DNA from: the human T2T-CHM13v2.0 reference genome, Homo sapiens
Assembly (NCBI RefSeq): GCF_009914755.1
Contig: NC_060947.1
DNA: 64,000 nt
Direction: 5' to 3' (one strand)
A model generated the notes under the pieces. That model was not told the DNA's origin, made no database searches, and was given only the letters and a program-made list of their open reading frames with translations. A program made the position numbers and the translations under genes. Positions within the stretch are counted from its first letter, which is position 1, and the number at the start of each line of letters is the position of its first letter. Shown here piece by piece: positions 27,089 through 41,579 of the stretch.

Positions 27089-27324
27089 GACCTTACATTG
27101 TTGTTGGGTTAAATATGAAATCATGAGGAAAAAGAGAAACAAAATAAAGCAATAATGCTAGGGCCAAAATGAGACTGAGTAGGAAAGAAATAACAGAAAG
27201 GATACACCTAGGATTCTTTCCCAAATATCCATTAGTTGGTGATGAAATTCAGGTCAAGTAAAAAAGGGCTATAAATGCTATTGGGTTTGTTTGACCAAAA
27301 CAAGCATTAATGGTAATAGCTAGA

Positions 27325-27633
27325 AAAGAAGTCATCAAACGATGGTCTGCAAGACAAGTCCAGCTCACTCCCTAATTTTGAATGGGCAACAAGCAGGAAT
27401 GATTTTTTTATGTTTTTAAGTGATTGAAACAAATGAAAGGAATAATAATATTTCATGGCACTTGAAAATTACATGAAATTCAACTTTTAGTGTCCATAAG
27501 TAAAGTTTTATTGGAATACAATCACATCCATTTATGTACAAATAGTCTATGGCTGCCTTCACACTACAATGTCAGTAATTGCAACAGAGGCCATAAGTCC
27601 CACAAAACCATAAATTTGAATATCTGGCCCTTT
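27325..27633. mobile_element. MER58B-like hAT-Charlie DNA transposon
   Basis: taaagttttattggaatacaatcac...tctatggctgccttcacactacaa...tatctggcccttt. Confidence 0.8.
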
Positions 27634-27949
27634 GGTTTTTATTAGATGGCAACTGTTTATCAGCTCACATTATTATACCCAAAATTTAAAGTGATTTGGG
27701 GAGAGATTAATGGATATTTAGGTATCTTTTCTATTAATTTATTCTTCAATAAAATTCTTTACCAGTGAATTTAACCTGAAGTATTTACTCCACAACTTCT
27801 ATTGTCTCTATCCCCAAAGAAGTCACAGGTGGAGCACCAGATAATAATTTGGAAGGTGAAATACAGAATTAAAAATATATCACTTGGTACTCTAGTTTTT
27901 GGTTCTGTCTAGTAATGTGACTATTAAATATCTATCTGGAGCAGAGTTG

Positions 27950-28195
27950 GGTAAGAGAAAGACTTAAGAACCTGTTACAATATTGAATCCACAATCAGAT
28001 AATAGGAAAGTGTCTTTGGATATTAAAAATCTGACTACTAAAATTAAAAATTCAGCACAATGGTTGAATGATAGAATGGGTGTGGCTAAAGAAGGAATTA
28101 GTTATTGGAAACTTAGGTAGAGGAAATTTCCCAAAATATTAAACCAAAAGACAAAGAGATGTAAAGTATCAGAGAAAAATTGAGGCATGGAGAAT
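27950..28195 (+). mobile_element. Old L1M/HAL1 ORF1-region fragment
   Basis: A-rich aaattaaaaattcag...gctaaagaaggaattag...gaggaaatttcccaaaa. Confidence 0.55.
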
Positions 28196-28199
28196 CAAC

Positions 28200-28610
28200 C
28201 CAGCTTCATGAAGTTATCAGTGCTCAGGCTCTTTTATCTTTCCGTTGCAACCATTTTCAAGATATGACTTCCATCCTCAGTTACCTCACAGCTCAAGGTA
28301 GCTCCTGGGGCTCCAGCCATCTTATCCAAGTTCCAAGTAGTCAAATAAAGGAAGTGAGAGGAAGAGTAAAATGGACACCTCTCCCAGTTTTGTCAGTTCT
28401 CCTTAAGGAGGCTTCCTAGAACTCCTACATAGTATTTATTTTAACTTAATTGGCTAGAACTTGATCAGGTGGCCACACTTGTCCAAAGAAAGACTAAAAA
28501 GTATTATGTTTATTCAAGGCAGTAGTGTACTCTGCTAAAAATTGAGGTTTAGTTCTTTAGGAAAAAGGGAAAACTGGATTTGGAATAAGCAATTAGCAGT
28601 CTCTTCCATA
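28200..28610 (-). mobile_element. MLT1J/K-like LTR
   Basis: ggctccagccatc; attggctagaactt; gcaattagcagtctcttccata terminus. Confidence 0.65.
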
Positions 28611-28759
28611 AATCCTGTTCTTAGGCAAACTGATATTCAAGGATGAGGGCAAACACATATTAATAAATTTTAGTATTCATGGACCCGCTCTAAAATACTC
28701 AAGGGCATACTAAAACTAAAAAGTAATATAATAAAGAGAAAGACATAACATAAAAGAAA

Positions 28760-28917
28760 CAAGTGGTGTGTTGGTAAATGTTTAACAACCAACTCTGGGG
28801 GGAAAAGCTCTGATTTGTATCATGAAAATCACCCCCAACATGGCTGACATCAAGCTACCAGCATGATTTCACTGAACACAGAGTTGAAAAGAGATGCTAA
28901 CAATTGGCTCTTGTGAT
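28760..28917 (-). mobile_element. MER63-like hAT-Blackjack fragment
   Basis: agtggtgtgttggtaaatgtttaacaacc TIR-side sequence. Confidence 0.7.
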
Positions 28918-28949
28918 AAAAAAAAAAAAACGGTTTTAAAAAAGCATGA

Positions 28950-29740
<791 letters not shown>

Positions 29741-29929
29741 AACACAATTAAAAAGAAAAGCTTTGGCAAATCTAATTAAGAAAAAAAAGATTCAAATAAG
29801 CAAACTTTGGAATAAAGAGGACATAATAGATATGAAAAAACTAAAGCATTTTCAGAGACCAGAATATACCTATATGTATAGTTGTGACTTGAAGTCATGT
29901 TTGCATTTTCCATATTCAAAAAGTGAAAT

Positions 29930-31620
29930 CAAATCAGCAAGTTTGAGGAAACCCCTAAAATTGAATACAAATGGAGACACATTAATTATATGTCAAAGTG
30001 ATAACATAACCAACCCAGAAATAAACAAAAATTAATCAGGTAATTTTTAATCATATACTCTCAATTTAAAGATAAAAATAAATAAATATTGAAAGATTCT
30101 TATTAGATTTGTTGTTAGTAGTGGTGTCAGTATAGCAACGCTGAAACTATTTTGTGTATGCTTATAGGATTGGGGAAATGAGTGATTATATTACATTAAT
30201 GTTGTTGCAAGCCAGGGTTCTCACGGTGGGAGAAGGTACATCATTGGCATGGGAGAAGAGGAAGAATCCTATGGTGCTTGATTGGAATTAGAGATATCAG
30301 TATGAGCTCATCCTTAACTCTGTTCACTTAAAAGGTCTAGAAGTGTTAACATCCCCAAACCAATGAGCACAGCTAGTGCTAAGATCTTGTTTTCTAAATA
30401 CCATTCTCCAATAAAAGAAACCAGAGCCTTTTGGAGAAATAGCTGGTTCTAGGGCTAGGCCAAGGGAAATATAAGATAAACTGGGAATATCTTGTGCTAA
30501 AAGGAAAGGCAGTGATTCAACACTGATGGGACATGCCTAAAGGACATAGGAGCCAGCTTGAAGGGTTTCTACAGCTGGATTGGGGACAATTTTACCATCA
30601 AAATGAAATCATGAAGGTAAAACATTTACACGTCAGACAGTTTTTGTGATATTGAAAACTTTAGTTTTTCATAAATCAAATTTATGGGTCCAAACTGATA
30701 CTGAAAACCAAAGTCAGAAAAAAAACCAAATCAATACATTAAAAAAGGAAGGAGCAGCCAAAACTATTTTTTATAATAATAGAATGCTCACTAATAAATG
30801 TAGTGGGATGATAGAGTTTGAAGCCAATATTTTGCAATTAACGTAATAATACTTGATTTGGGCAAGACACCAAAACTATTGAGTACAAGAGTATTGAAAA
30901 GAATCAAAGGTATTTCCCACAGATTACTTACTATAAATCACAAAGGGGAAAAGGGCCTATTCATGGTGGAGAAGCCTGGTAGATACTACCTTAACCAAGT
31001 GATTAAAGCAAACATCCACAAAAAATGGGACAACCTGACATCATGTGCCTTCTGCTGTGGTGCACTGAGAAGGGCAAAGCATCACTTCTGTTATTCCTGC
31101 CCACAATGCAGCATCTGAATATGATCATAAGGAAACATCACACAAAGCCAAGCTGATGGTCATTCTACAATGTAACTGATTTGTTCTCTTCAAAAATGGC
31201 AATGTGATGAAAGATAAAGAAAGGCTGGGGTAAAGATGAAGAAAGAGATAGGAAAACTAAATGCAATGCATGACCCTAACTTGGAGCCTAGATTAGAAAA
31301 TGAAAATGCTGCAAAGAACTTAATCTGAATAATTGGTGAAATTAGAATTTGGGATATGCATTAGGTAATAGTATTTGATTGATGGTAAAGGTCCCAAATT
31401 TGATCATTTTCTTGTTACTATGTAAGAAAAATCTTTATTTTTAGTAGACATATGCTGAGGTACTTAGCCTTGAAGGGTCATTAACAACTGGTTACATGGT
31501 TTAGGAAAAACACAGTATATGTATATATTTATAAAGACGTGAAGCAAATGTGGAAAACTGTTACAAAATTATTTTTTCAAGACTACTCTTTACCACTTTG
31601 TGCCTATAAATTTTACAATC
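29930..31620 (+). mobile_element. L1MC/L1MD 3' UTR region
   Basis: ctaaataccattctccaataaaagaaaccagagc; tggagaagcctggtagatactaccttaaccaagtgat; actaaatgcaatgcatga. Confidence 0.8.
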
Positions 31621-31849
31621 TAGGGATGAGTTTCTAGAAAAAAAAATAGATTTCCAAAGTTTACTCCAGGAATGCTTTAAAGTCTGAATAGATCTATTAC
31701 CATAGGAGAAATTTAGAAAACATTTAATTCCTTTCTTACATAAACTGTACCAGAGCATAGGGAATAGAGGAAACATAAATGCAGGTCTCATCCCAGTGTA
31801 AGGAACCTACAGCGGTGTCCACTTTATGTGCAATAAACAGACAGCTGAG

Positions 31850-32065
31850 TGTAACAGACTGGGAGTCAGTGGACCAGGTTATGGTACTGACTCTGCCTCT
31901 CAGTGCAATGGGGATTTGAGCAAGTCACATAACTTCTCTGAGCTTCCATTTCATCCTGTGAAATGCTAGACCCTATAAAATGGGGCTGGTGCGGTTTGCT
32001 TTTCATAACTCACAGATCTGTAGTAGGAATCAAGTAAGCTAACACTGTAGGAAATGAAAAGCCTT
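31850..32065 (+). mobile_element. MIR
   Basis: gcaagtcacataacttctctgagcttccatttc. Confidence 0.7.
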
Positions 32066-32399
32066 GGACACATATAAGAAATACTAGTCAAGAATTCAGG
32101 GAAGTCCGTGTGCATCTTGGGACTTGACCTGTATTTGTAATTCCTTTTCAACAAATGTCTTCTGTTAAAAATAGTTACATTTTGTCTAGTTCGTAATATT
32201 GAAAAAGGCCAATGGTGGAATGTCCTAAACTTTTGTATGTCTGACATTCACTCTGCCTTGGAATAGTTTATGTAACCAAGGAATTGTCTCTTACTTAATG
32301 GGTTGGTGACTCACATGGATGTGTAAATATATAATTACTTCTCAGCTTTAATGACACTTCCAAAAAGCTCTCTCGGCTCTCCTGGACCAGGAGAGGACC

Positions 32400-32550
32400 T
32401 CTCCCCATAGCATTTGGTACTTATTTGTCTCATTAACCATCTCCTCCCTGCTAGATATAAGCTCAACGAGGGCAACAGCTAGATCCACCTCGTTCATCAC
32501 TGTCGCCTCAGTGCCTACATAGCAAGCACTCACTAAATATTTGTTGAAAG
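32400..32550 (+). mobile_element. L2 3' end
   Basis: ctagatataagctc..gagggca...gttcatcactgt...cactcactaaatatttgttgaa. Confidence 0.75.
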
Positions 32551-32874
32551 GCAGCTCTTATTCAAGAAAGATAAATGAATAAAAATCCTCACTGAAGGAA
32601 GAGTTGTATGTTTTAGCAAGTATTTTTGAGCATGTACGATGTGCAGTGCCCTTGGCTAAACAACATGGGGGCTACAGAGGTCATTCTGAGTCTTGCAGTT
32701 TCTGACAAGACCACTCAGATCCCAGACTGTCATTTTCTCCTCTCTGGAGGCTGGAAGTGACTGTTTGCAGAGTCACTCTGCCACCTTTTGGCTGTACCTA
32801 GGAATTGCACCTTTTCTGGCATTCCCCTCATCCGGAGAGGACCTGCAACTCGCTCTACAGACCTAGGGCAGCAG

Positions 32875-33080
32875 CATCATTCATTCATCCATTCCACAAA
32901 CATCCACTGAATGCACACCTCATGCCAAGTTCTGTGCCAGGAGCTGGAGACATAGTGGTGGAAAAGCACACACAGTTCTTGCCCTCAAGGAGTTTACTGT
33001 CTGGTCTAGGGGAGAAAGAGGGCAATAAATGTGTAATTACATAAATAATAACTACAAGTGTGTTCAGTGCTGTGGAGGAG
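32875..33080 (-). mobile_element. L2 3' end
   Basis: cattcattcatccattccacaaacatccactga...cttgccctcaaggagtttac. Confidence 0.75.
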
Positions 33081-33364
33081 AAATACAAATTGCCATAAGA
33101 GTGTCTCATGTCTTTCCACTCCATTATCTTTTTGCAGCAAAAGCTCATGAAATGGGAGTACAATACATTTTGCCACCCTAACCAGAAGGGCAGGAAAATA
33201 AATGCTCAGGCTAAAAAGGGAGCACAGAACCATGATCAGATTGGCTGCAGTAATGCGTATGGCTTGGATTTTTTACAACACCCAGGCTTGCCTTTTGTCC
33301 AAACCCAGATGGCTATCCAAACTATTCCATTTGCCAAAAAAAATGAGAACTTCTAGTTTTCCTT

Positions 33365-33870
33365 AGTAGTAATAATAGCTGACATTTTTTGAGAGCTTAC
33401 TTTGCGCCAGGCACTGTTAGGCATTTTAAATGCAGCAGCTAGCACAACCTTCATAATAATCCTATGATATAGGTAGTATTAGTGTTCCTGTAATGACGGT
33501 AATGGTGGGAAGCACAGGGTCTGGAGTAGGATTACCCACCTTTGAACCTGATTTGCCATCTACCAGATGTGTGACTGGGCAATTTACCTAAGTTCTTGGT
33601 ACCTCTGTTTTTCCACCTCTAAAATGGAGATTATAAAAGTAATCTACTTTATAGGGTTGATGTGAGGAGTAAATGACAACACATGTAAGTAGTTAGAACA
33701 GTGCCTGGCATATATATGTGTATATTTATGTGTGTGTGTATACGGATGAGGGCATCTGAGCTTCAGTAACTCATCTAACCTCCCATATCTACTGAATGGT
33801 GCAGATGTTGAGAAGAGAGGCAATCTGATCCCTGAGCCTGGACTGCACACTCGTCCACTATGCTATCTTG
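33365..33870. mobile_element. MIR cluster (plus-strand MIR 33500-33715 inside a minus-strand MIR)
   Basis: aataatagctgacatt...ccaggcactg (-); ctctaaaatggagattat...gaacagtgcctggcata (+); gatgagggcatctgagcttcag (-). Confidence 0.75.
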
Positions 33871-34139
33871 AATACCCTGTTCCTGGGTACCTTCTGTTTC
33901 TCTGGCAACAGAAGTCTCAATTGACTCTGCACAGTCATATTCTGGAATCATTTTGCTGAGCCTTGGTCTTAGCTGAACATTGGCAAAAGTAGCTTTTCAC
34001 AGGCACCTGCTATTTCTTTCCCCAGGGGAAGATCTTACAGGTACATTGTAGAAATAACCTCTCCTTTTGATATTGATGGAAGCTCTGGAACAGGGCAGCT
34101 TTCAGCAACGTTACTGTTTGCATGTGATGTCTTTGGAAC

Positions 34140-34450
34140 ATGATATAGTCATTGTGCAGAGAACAAGAGCCTTAAAGCCAACCAAATCTGGATCTAAATC
34201 TTAGCTCCACCATGTGACCTTGGACTAGGGTTTCCTTCTCTCTGATCCTTGGTTTCCTCATGTTGGAAGTAAAAGGAATAACCACTACCTCATAGAGTTG
34301 GCAAAAGAGAATAAAAGAGATTATATGTAATATTATTTATATATACACACACATACATGTATATGTAGATACACATATATACATGTTTATATATAAGTAT
34401 ATAATATATCTCAAAGGGTTAGGCACAGTACCTGAGTTGAGGCTTACAAA
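34140..34450 (+). mobile_element. MIR with internal (TA/CA)-rich simple repeat at 34320-34410
   Basis: tgtgaccttgga...ggtttcctcatg...tacctcatagagttg; ggcacagtacctg. Confidence 0.75.
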
Positions 34451-36029
34451 TGCCAACTGTCTCCCATCAGGGGGTTAGTTATTGTGGTTATAAAAGGGTG
34501 AGGGGGCTGGGAAAAATCCAAATAGTAGGCAACCACAAAAAGCCAACACATGGGAAGAACAGAGGGAAAGGGGAAGAGAGGCGGAAGGGAGAGGTGAGTA
34601 ATTTCATTCTGGGCTTGAGCCCAAACTTCAGGGTGAGGAATGTCTTCTTAGCAAACAGTCAACCCCGATCTGTGATTTACTGGAGCCCACAGTCTCCACA
34701 CTAACAGCACCATCTGTGATGAATGCATTGATTTGGAGCTGCAGCCCTGGCTGCTGCTCCTGCCCCTCTGAGAGGAAGGTTAATGGCAGGGTTCAAGGAA
34801 AAAGCAGGTGGAATGTGTCTCCTTAGCCCACTCCTCCTCTTACCTTAATGAATGCTAACCCCAAAGTCTCTCTGTTCCTGGAGTTGAGGGCCACTTGCCT
34901 TGGAAGCCAAATTGAGGTAAATTGATATTTTTTGGATGCTTTCCTGATCACTTAGTTATATGGATAATTATCAGGGTGGGGCTGATTCTGGAGAAATCTT
35001 GCACTTTTCCCTGAGTCATGCTTTTACTGTTTAAGGCCTGATTAGGCTCCATGGCTGAGAACTCTGAGTGTGTTCGGAAGAGACTGGGTTTTGATAAACT
35101 GGATTGGAGCAAAACTCCTAATTTAGCCTAGAGGTTCAGGACTCAAGCTGCCCAATTTGGAAGGGTGCATATGGGAGTTCAAACAAGATAAAAGTTATGG
35201 AGAGCTGGTTCTATACCAGATGCAGAGCTGGGAGCCAAGACAGCCAGCTTTTAAGATGTCTTAGAGGTGGGGTATCTGCAATGTTTGTTTTCTGAGGTTT
35301 GCTATAAATGAGCTGGAGGCTTCGGTTGTCACGGTAATGACAGAGGCTCCATTTTGAAGCTTCTAGGGGAAGCTTATCAAGTAAGCACAAGCCACTTCTC
35401 TGAGCAGGGAGTCAATGCCATGGTAGGAACATTTGTTGTAGCTCCTCTATGCAAACTGCACAGTCACAGAAACATGGCTTAGTGGTTTTCAAAATTGCCA
35501 CTTGCATCTACAAGTGGAGCAGGTGAGAAGTTATCTCAAATGAACTCAATGTTGGCAATCAAGCATTTGTTGGATACCTTCTGTGTGCTGCACATTTCTG
35601 TCAGGCATTGTGAGGGATCCAGAAGAAGCTATGAACTGGCTTCTCCACTTCATCACCGAGCCTGTAAATGAAAGAAACTACCTTGTGTGAAACAACAACT
35701 TATGAAGAGTGAAGTGAAAAGCTAAGGAGCCCAGTGGCATTCAGAGGATGTGGTGGCTTTGAAATTGTGGGTGCTTAGAGCTTGGTAGTGTTGGCTAAAT
35801 TGCAAGGCACAAGACAATGAGAAGACCACCTGACTGCAGCACAAGATCTGGATCAAGGAGACATGATGGTGGGGTAGGTAGTGTGAAGATGACCAGGTAG
35901 ACCTCATAGTTGGGGCTGCGCTGCGGACTCTGGGTAATAGGCAGCAGGATAGATGGTAAAAAGGTTGTGTTAGGAAGAATTGGCCCTTTCCTTCTCTCTG
36001 ACCTCATCTTGCACCACACTCCTGGTATT

Positions 36030-36701
36030 GAGGTAAATAATACTAGCTGCTAAAAGGATCTCTCCAAAATTCTCCATTGATGGCTCTACCCCACATACCC
36101 AGGGACCAGATGCCTTTTGTCTTGTGGCTTTGAAAACTCAAGGGGGACTGGACATGGTGGCTCATGCCTGTAATCCCAGCAATTTGGGAGGCCGAAGCAG
36201 GTGGATCACCTGAGGTCAGGATTCGAGGCCAGACTGGGCAACATGGTGAAATTCTGTCTCTACTAAAAATATAAAAATTAGTGAGGCGTGGTGGTGTGCA
36301 CCTGTAATCCCAGCTATTCAGGAGGCTGAGGCAGGAGAATCACTTGAACCCTGGAGGCAGAGGTTGCAGTGAGTCGAGATCAAGCCACTGCACTATAGCC
36401 TGGGCAACAAGAGTGAGACTCTGTCTCAAAAAGAAAAAAAAGAAATCTCAAGGGGTTTGGAATTATCTATTGATTCTTTTGTAGCCAATAAGCAGATGAA
36501 AGAAGAGAGAATCACATGTCAGAGGGTTTTATAGGCCAGTCCTGGGAGTGGTGTATTTTGCCGTACCTACATTCCATTGGCCATAAGTCAGTCATATGAC
36601 CACGTGTAATGGCAAGGATGTCTGGGAAATGGAATTTGGCTGGATGTCCAGTAAGAGGAGGCGGACACAGGTAGTGTTGAACACTCTCAATCTCTGCCAC
36701 A
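36030..36701 (-). mobile_element. MLT1J-like LTR interrupted by Alu
   Basis: cacatacccagggacc; cattccattggcc...gtcatatgacc; ctgggaaatg; tctctgccaca end. Confidence 0.75.
36146..36441 (+). mobile_element. Alu (AluSq/Sx-like) with TSD
   Basis: full dimer; TSD gaaaactcaagggg (36132-36145) / gaaatctcaagggg (36442-36455). Confidence 0.97.
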
Positions 36702-36719
36702 TGCCTCTATTTGCACTAT

Positions 36720-37110
36720 GATTCAGTCTCACTGATTTTCTGAGAGTTCTTTCAGCATGCCAAGTTCCTCTTCCCCTCAGGGTTTTTACAATTGCTGTGC
36801 CTGTGCTTTTTATAAAGAGCACCCTATGACTGGCTGATGAAAAGTCACCACCTCAGAAACGCTTTTCCTGATCATTCACAGGAAGAATCTCACTCTATCA
36901 CATTTTAATCCTGTATCTTCTTCATAGCACTGCCAAAGCAGGTACAATATTTCTTGAAATTACTTTGTTTATTGTCTGTTTCCTCTTGTTTGAATGTAGC
37001 TCCAGGAAATCAAGGACATCGTGAATCTTGTTCACTGCTATATTTTCAGTATCTAGGACAGTTCCTAGCTTGTGATAGTTGATAAAAAAAATCAGTTAAA
37101 GGAATAGAAA
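36720..37110 (+). mobile_element. L2 3' end
   Basis: ttgtttattgtctgtttcc...gaatgtagctcc...tcttgttcactgctata. Confidence 0.75.
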
Positions 37111-37219
37111 AAAAAGAAAGAAATTGTCCAGCAGCAGAATGTACTTGAGAGAGGGCACAGTAAGGCTGGAGGCAGGTGGATCCCCTGGTATGCTAGTCAG
37201 TTGCAGGAATAATAGTTAA

Positions 37220-37565
<346 letters not shown>

Positions 37566-37825
37566 CAGTAGTTAACACTTATATAGCATTTACTATGAAT
37601 CTGATAATGTTTAAGCACTTTATGTTATATACATTACCTCATTAAATTCTCACAACAATCCTATGAAACTGACACAGTTATTATTTCCATTTTACAAGTG
37701 AAAAAATTAAGGCCCAAAGAAGTTAACTTTCCAAGGTTACACAGCTACTAGGTGGTACAGGTAAAATTTAAGCCCAGGGATATCTGGCCCAAGATCCATG
37801 CTCTTAAGCCATTACACTATACTCC
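37566..37825 (-). mobile_element. MIR, near full length
   Basis: ctcacaacaatcctatgaa...ccattttacaagtgaaaaaattaaggccca...tttaagcccagg. Confidence 0.85.
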
Positions 37826-38409
37826 CCGTTACCTTGTGGGGCTGGTAGGAGCCTGGCTCAGGGTAGAGATGGGGGAAATGCAGACAGAACTGGAGAAATG
37901 AGCAAGACTTGGGGATCTGACATGTTTATCTGAGACTTGGTTTCCTATTTTGGTTAGGAAGGGAGAGAAGTCCCTGATCATAAATGTGTCCGCAGATGCT
38001 CTACAGGTCCTTTTCAGCTAGGTATGGAAGGTACTCTAGTGCTCCTCCACTCCCTAACCCCAAAACTAGCTCACTTCTCTCTGTCTCTTCAGAAGGATGT
38101 TCTCGGACCCAGGGAGGGAAATGAGGACAGAGGCAGGAATGAGTTTTCAATTGGAGCATCATGAAAATGAAGCAGAACATTGTATTTCAGAAGAAGAGAA
38201 CACCCATCAATCCAAAAGAGTTGATTTAATAAAAGTTGAATCATCTACAGTTGCCTCCCTAAAGCAGTAACAAAACGAAATTAATGCAAAAATGGAAATT
38301 CTTCTGATTGTCAGTGGAACATCATGAGCAGTGAGGAAATGTGTGATGCGGAGGTCTCAGATAAAAACCACTGTGACTGTTGAACTCTAGTGGAGAAATG
38401 AAATCACCC

Positions 38410-40710
38410 CTGCTGGCTCCTCCTCTGCTCAACCTCTAACTGCTGAAGTGTCTTGGGACTTAGTGCTGATCCTTTTTTTTCTCTGTCATCACTCTTGCCT
38501 TCTCCCTGGGTTATCCCATCTAGCCCCCTGGCTTCAATTACCATCTGTATGCTGATAACACCATAATTTATATCTCTAGTCCAGACTCCTTGCAGGAGCT
38601 CCACACTCCTTGGTGTACCTGCTCATTTGACATGTCAACTTGTCTAAAAAGCATCTCAAACTTAAAAAGATAAAAACAGAATTTTTTGACTTTGGTATCC
38701 TCCCCTCCAAAGCTGCACCTTCCTTAGTCTTTCCCATCTCAGCAAATGGCATCACAGTGCATACGTTTCCTTCAGACCTCCAATCCGTGAGTTGCCCTTG
38801 ATCTTTCTATTTCCCTCATTCTCCTACCCCTAATTCATATCCAAACTACCATCAAATCCTGCCAGCTCTATCTTCAAAGTCTGTCTGGAATCAGCTCCAT
38901 CTCCTCCTTGTTGTTTGTTGCCATCCTAATTCAAACCTATATCATCCCTTGCCTAGATGACAACAGCCTAAACTTGTCTCACTGCCTCCACTCTTGGAAC
39001 AGTTAGTTATCCCTTTTTGCTGTTGTTTTATAAAATATTTTTGGAGTGATCTTTTAAAAATGTGACTCAGTGAGCCCTGTGGCAGTGTTTTAGTACAAAC
39101 TCATGTTTAGTTTAATATAGATACAGATGGATAGACATATAAATATTTATAGATATGTATACACATGTGGGTTAGTTCACACAAATCATGTATTTCCTAG
39201 CTGTGTTAGCTGAGAGGGCCTAGAGGCAATGACACCTTGCTGGCAATTAGAACACTTAGCACACAAATCTTGGTCTGTAATATCATTCTCCAACAAAAGG
39301 AGCCAGGGTCCTTAGAGAAATGGCTGATTCTAGGACTGGGGAAGGAAAAACACAAGGTGAGCATACAGCATCTTGTAGTGGCAGAGAGTAAGATAGTGCT
39401 CAAAAACAAAAGGATAGGGGTATATCAAAGGAATGTAGGAGCCAACCAGAAAGAGCTCCCACCAGCCAAAACTAGAACAAATTGAACAATAAAATAAATA
39501 ATGTAGTATTTGGATTATTACACAAAGTATGATATCAATATCCATGAGTTTGTACTAATATAAATAAATGTTTGAATAAAGAGATAAATGAGGAATGATG
39601 GGCAAATCTTCCTTACAGGAGAATTCCAAATAATAGATGTGGCTATTCCCCTTTCCAGGAGATGCAGCTTAGTTCCCTTTCCCCCATCTCCTTGAAGGTA
39701 GGGTAAACTTAGTGCCCTGCTTCTAAAGCATAAAATATGAAGAAGGAAAGAGTAAATTTATAGTGGAGAAACCAGGCAAGCGCTACCTGAACTAAGTGAT
39801 GAAGGTTAACATCTCCAGTAATGGCATGTGGCTACCTATCATGAACCCCTGATATGATATGATAAGAAGGACAAATCACCTCTTGGGCAGTCTTCCAAAA
39901 CACCCCTAATCTGAGTCTAATCATGAGGGGAAAACATCAGACAAACCCCAGATTGGGAAATTTTTTACAGGGTCACTGACCAGACTCTTCAAAACTGTCA
40001 GGGACATGAAAAACAAAAGACTGAGGAACTATCAGAGACCAGAGAAAACTAGGGTGATTTGATGACTAAATGCAATGTGGTAGCTGGGACTCGATCCTGG
40101 AACAGAAAAAGGAGATTAATGGAAAAACTGGTGAAATTCAAATAAAGTGTTGAGTTTAGTTCGTATTCATGTACCATGGTATATTAAGATGCTAGCAATG
40201 GTGGGAACTTGGTGAAAGTGTACAGAAACCCTCTGTACTATCTTTAAACTTTTCTGTAAACCTAAAATTAGCCCTAAATAAAAAGTTCATCTTAAAAACT
40301 ATGATTCAGATCATGTGGCTGTCCCATTTAAACTCTCCAAATGTTTCCCTTTGCATCTAAAATGAAACCCAAACTCTTTACTAGGACCTCTGCAAATTCA
40401 TCATGTACCACTCTCCTCTTGTCACTTCACTCCAGCAACACCCAGCTTCTGACATTTCCTTAAACATACCCCGCTTCCTGCATCAGAAGCCATCCTTATC
40501 CCTCTATCTATTAAAAGCAAACTTCCCTTCCTCCTGGATCTCTCCCGTAGCCCAATTTTATTTCCTTCATAGCACTTCTAATAATTTGAAACTTCCTTAT
40601 TTATTTATTTTATTGCAGCTAGACTGTGAGCTCTGTGAGGTCAGGTGCCTTACCTGTTTTGTTCATCACTCCTTTCCCAACACAGGATAGGCACCAACTA
40701 AGTACTTGGG
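38410..40710 (+). mobile_element. L2 fragment split by an L1MC/MD insertion
   Basis: gcatctcaaactta; ttcccatctcagcaaatggca; resumes 40300 tcagatcatgt...ctagactgtgagctctgtgagg. Confidence 0.8.
39071..40295 (+). mobile_element. L1MC2/L1MD-like 3' end
   Basis: agctgagagggcctagaggcaatgacacc; gactaaatgcaatgtgg; ctctgtactatcttt...aaataaaaagtt; degenerate TSD aaaaatgtgactcag/aaaactatgattcag. Confidence 0.85.
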
Positions 40711-41579
40711 GGGGATAAGTTGATCTTTCTAGGCTTCTGAAAGTCCCACCTCCTTTGGGATCACCACAACAACTGTCCAGAAGCAGGAAAAGGCAGAAAG
40801 TCTGAGCAATTAGTCTCACCTGGGTTTGAGAAGAGTGGCAGACATCTTGCACGCTCTCTGTTACAGGCACATGTTGGGGAAAGGTGATCTTTGATTGGAA
40901 GAGAGAAGGTCTTACAACCTAAGGGTTTAGGATGTAGATCTTTTTTCCTCCCAATCAATATTTGTTTAATTACTAGATTGTCCATGCTAAAAATAGACTA
41001 TAGTTGATTTTCTGAGAAAAAGTCCTTATAATCTTGCTGTCAAAATTTTATAAGGCCTACAGTATGGCCATCATATTTGGAGAATGGAAATGATTTTCTT
41101 AAAGCCAGAAAATTTCCTTGGTTTAGCTATGCTTAGTGCTTAAAACCAATCATAAATGAACATGATCAGGAAGGTTCCCACCTCACCAATATCCCTGCTA
41201 TTCCCTAACATCCATTCAGCCATATCCTCCTCCCAGGCCCCATGAAAGACCCCCCAAATTTCCCTACCCCCTAAAGCAAACAAAACTCTTTTCCTCCCTT
41301 TCCATGCAAAACTGTTTATTAATTAAAAGCTATAATGCATGTATAGAGCCTTTCAAAAGCTAGCAATCCAGGTCTTCTCATTTTAACTAAATCAGAATCA
41401 GAGTTGACTTCATGCCCATCCTGCCAGGGAGGCAGTTCCTTCTTTCAGGTTTTCTTGTTACTAGAAGGTAAAAAGCCTGGTAGATAACTTATGAGGGTTC
41501 AGCTGCCACTTTGGAGGCACTATATTTTGTCCTTTTAGTGTTTTCTCACTGGGTGGTTTGGCCCCATAACTGTAGCCCG

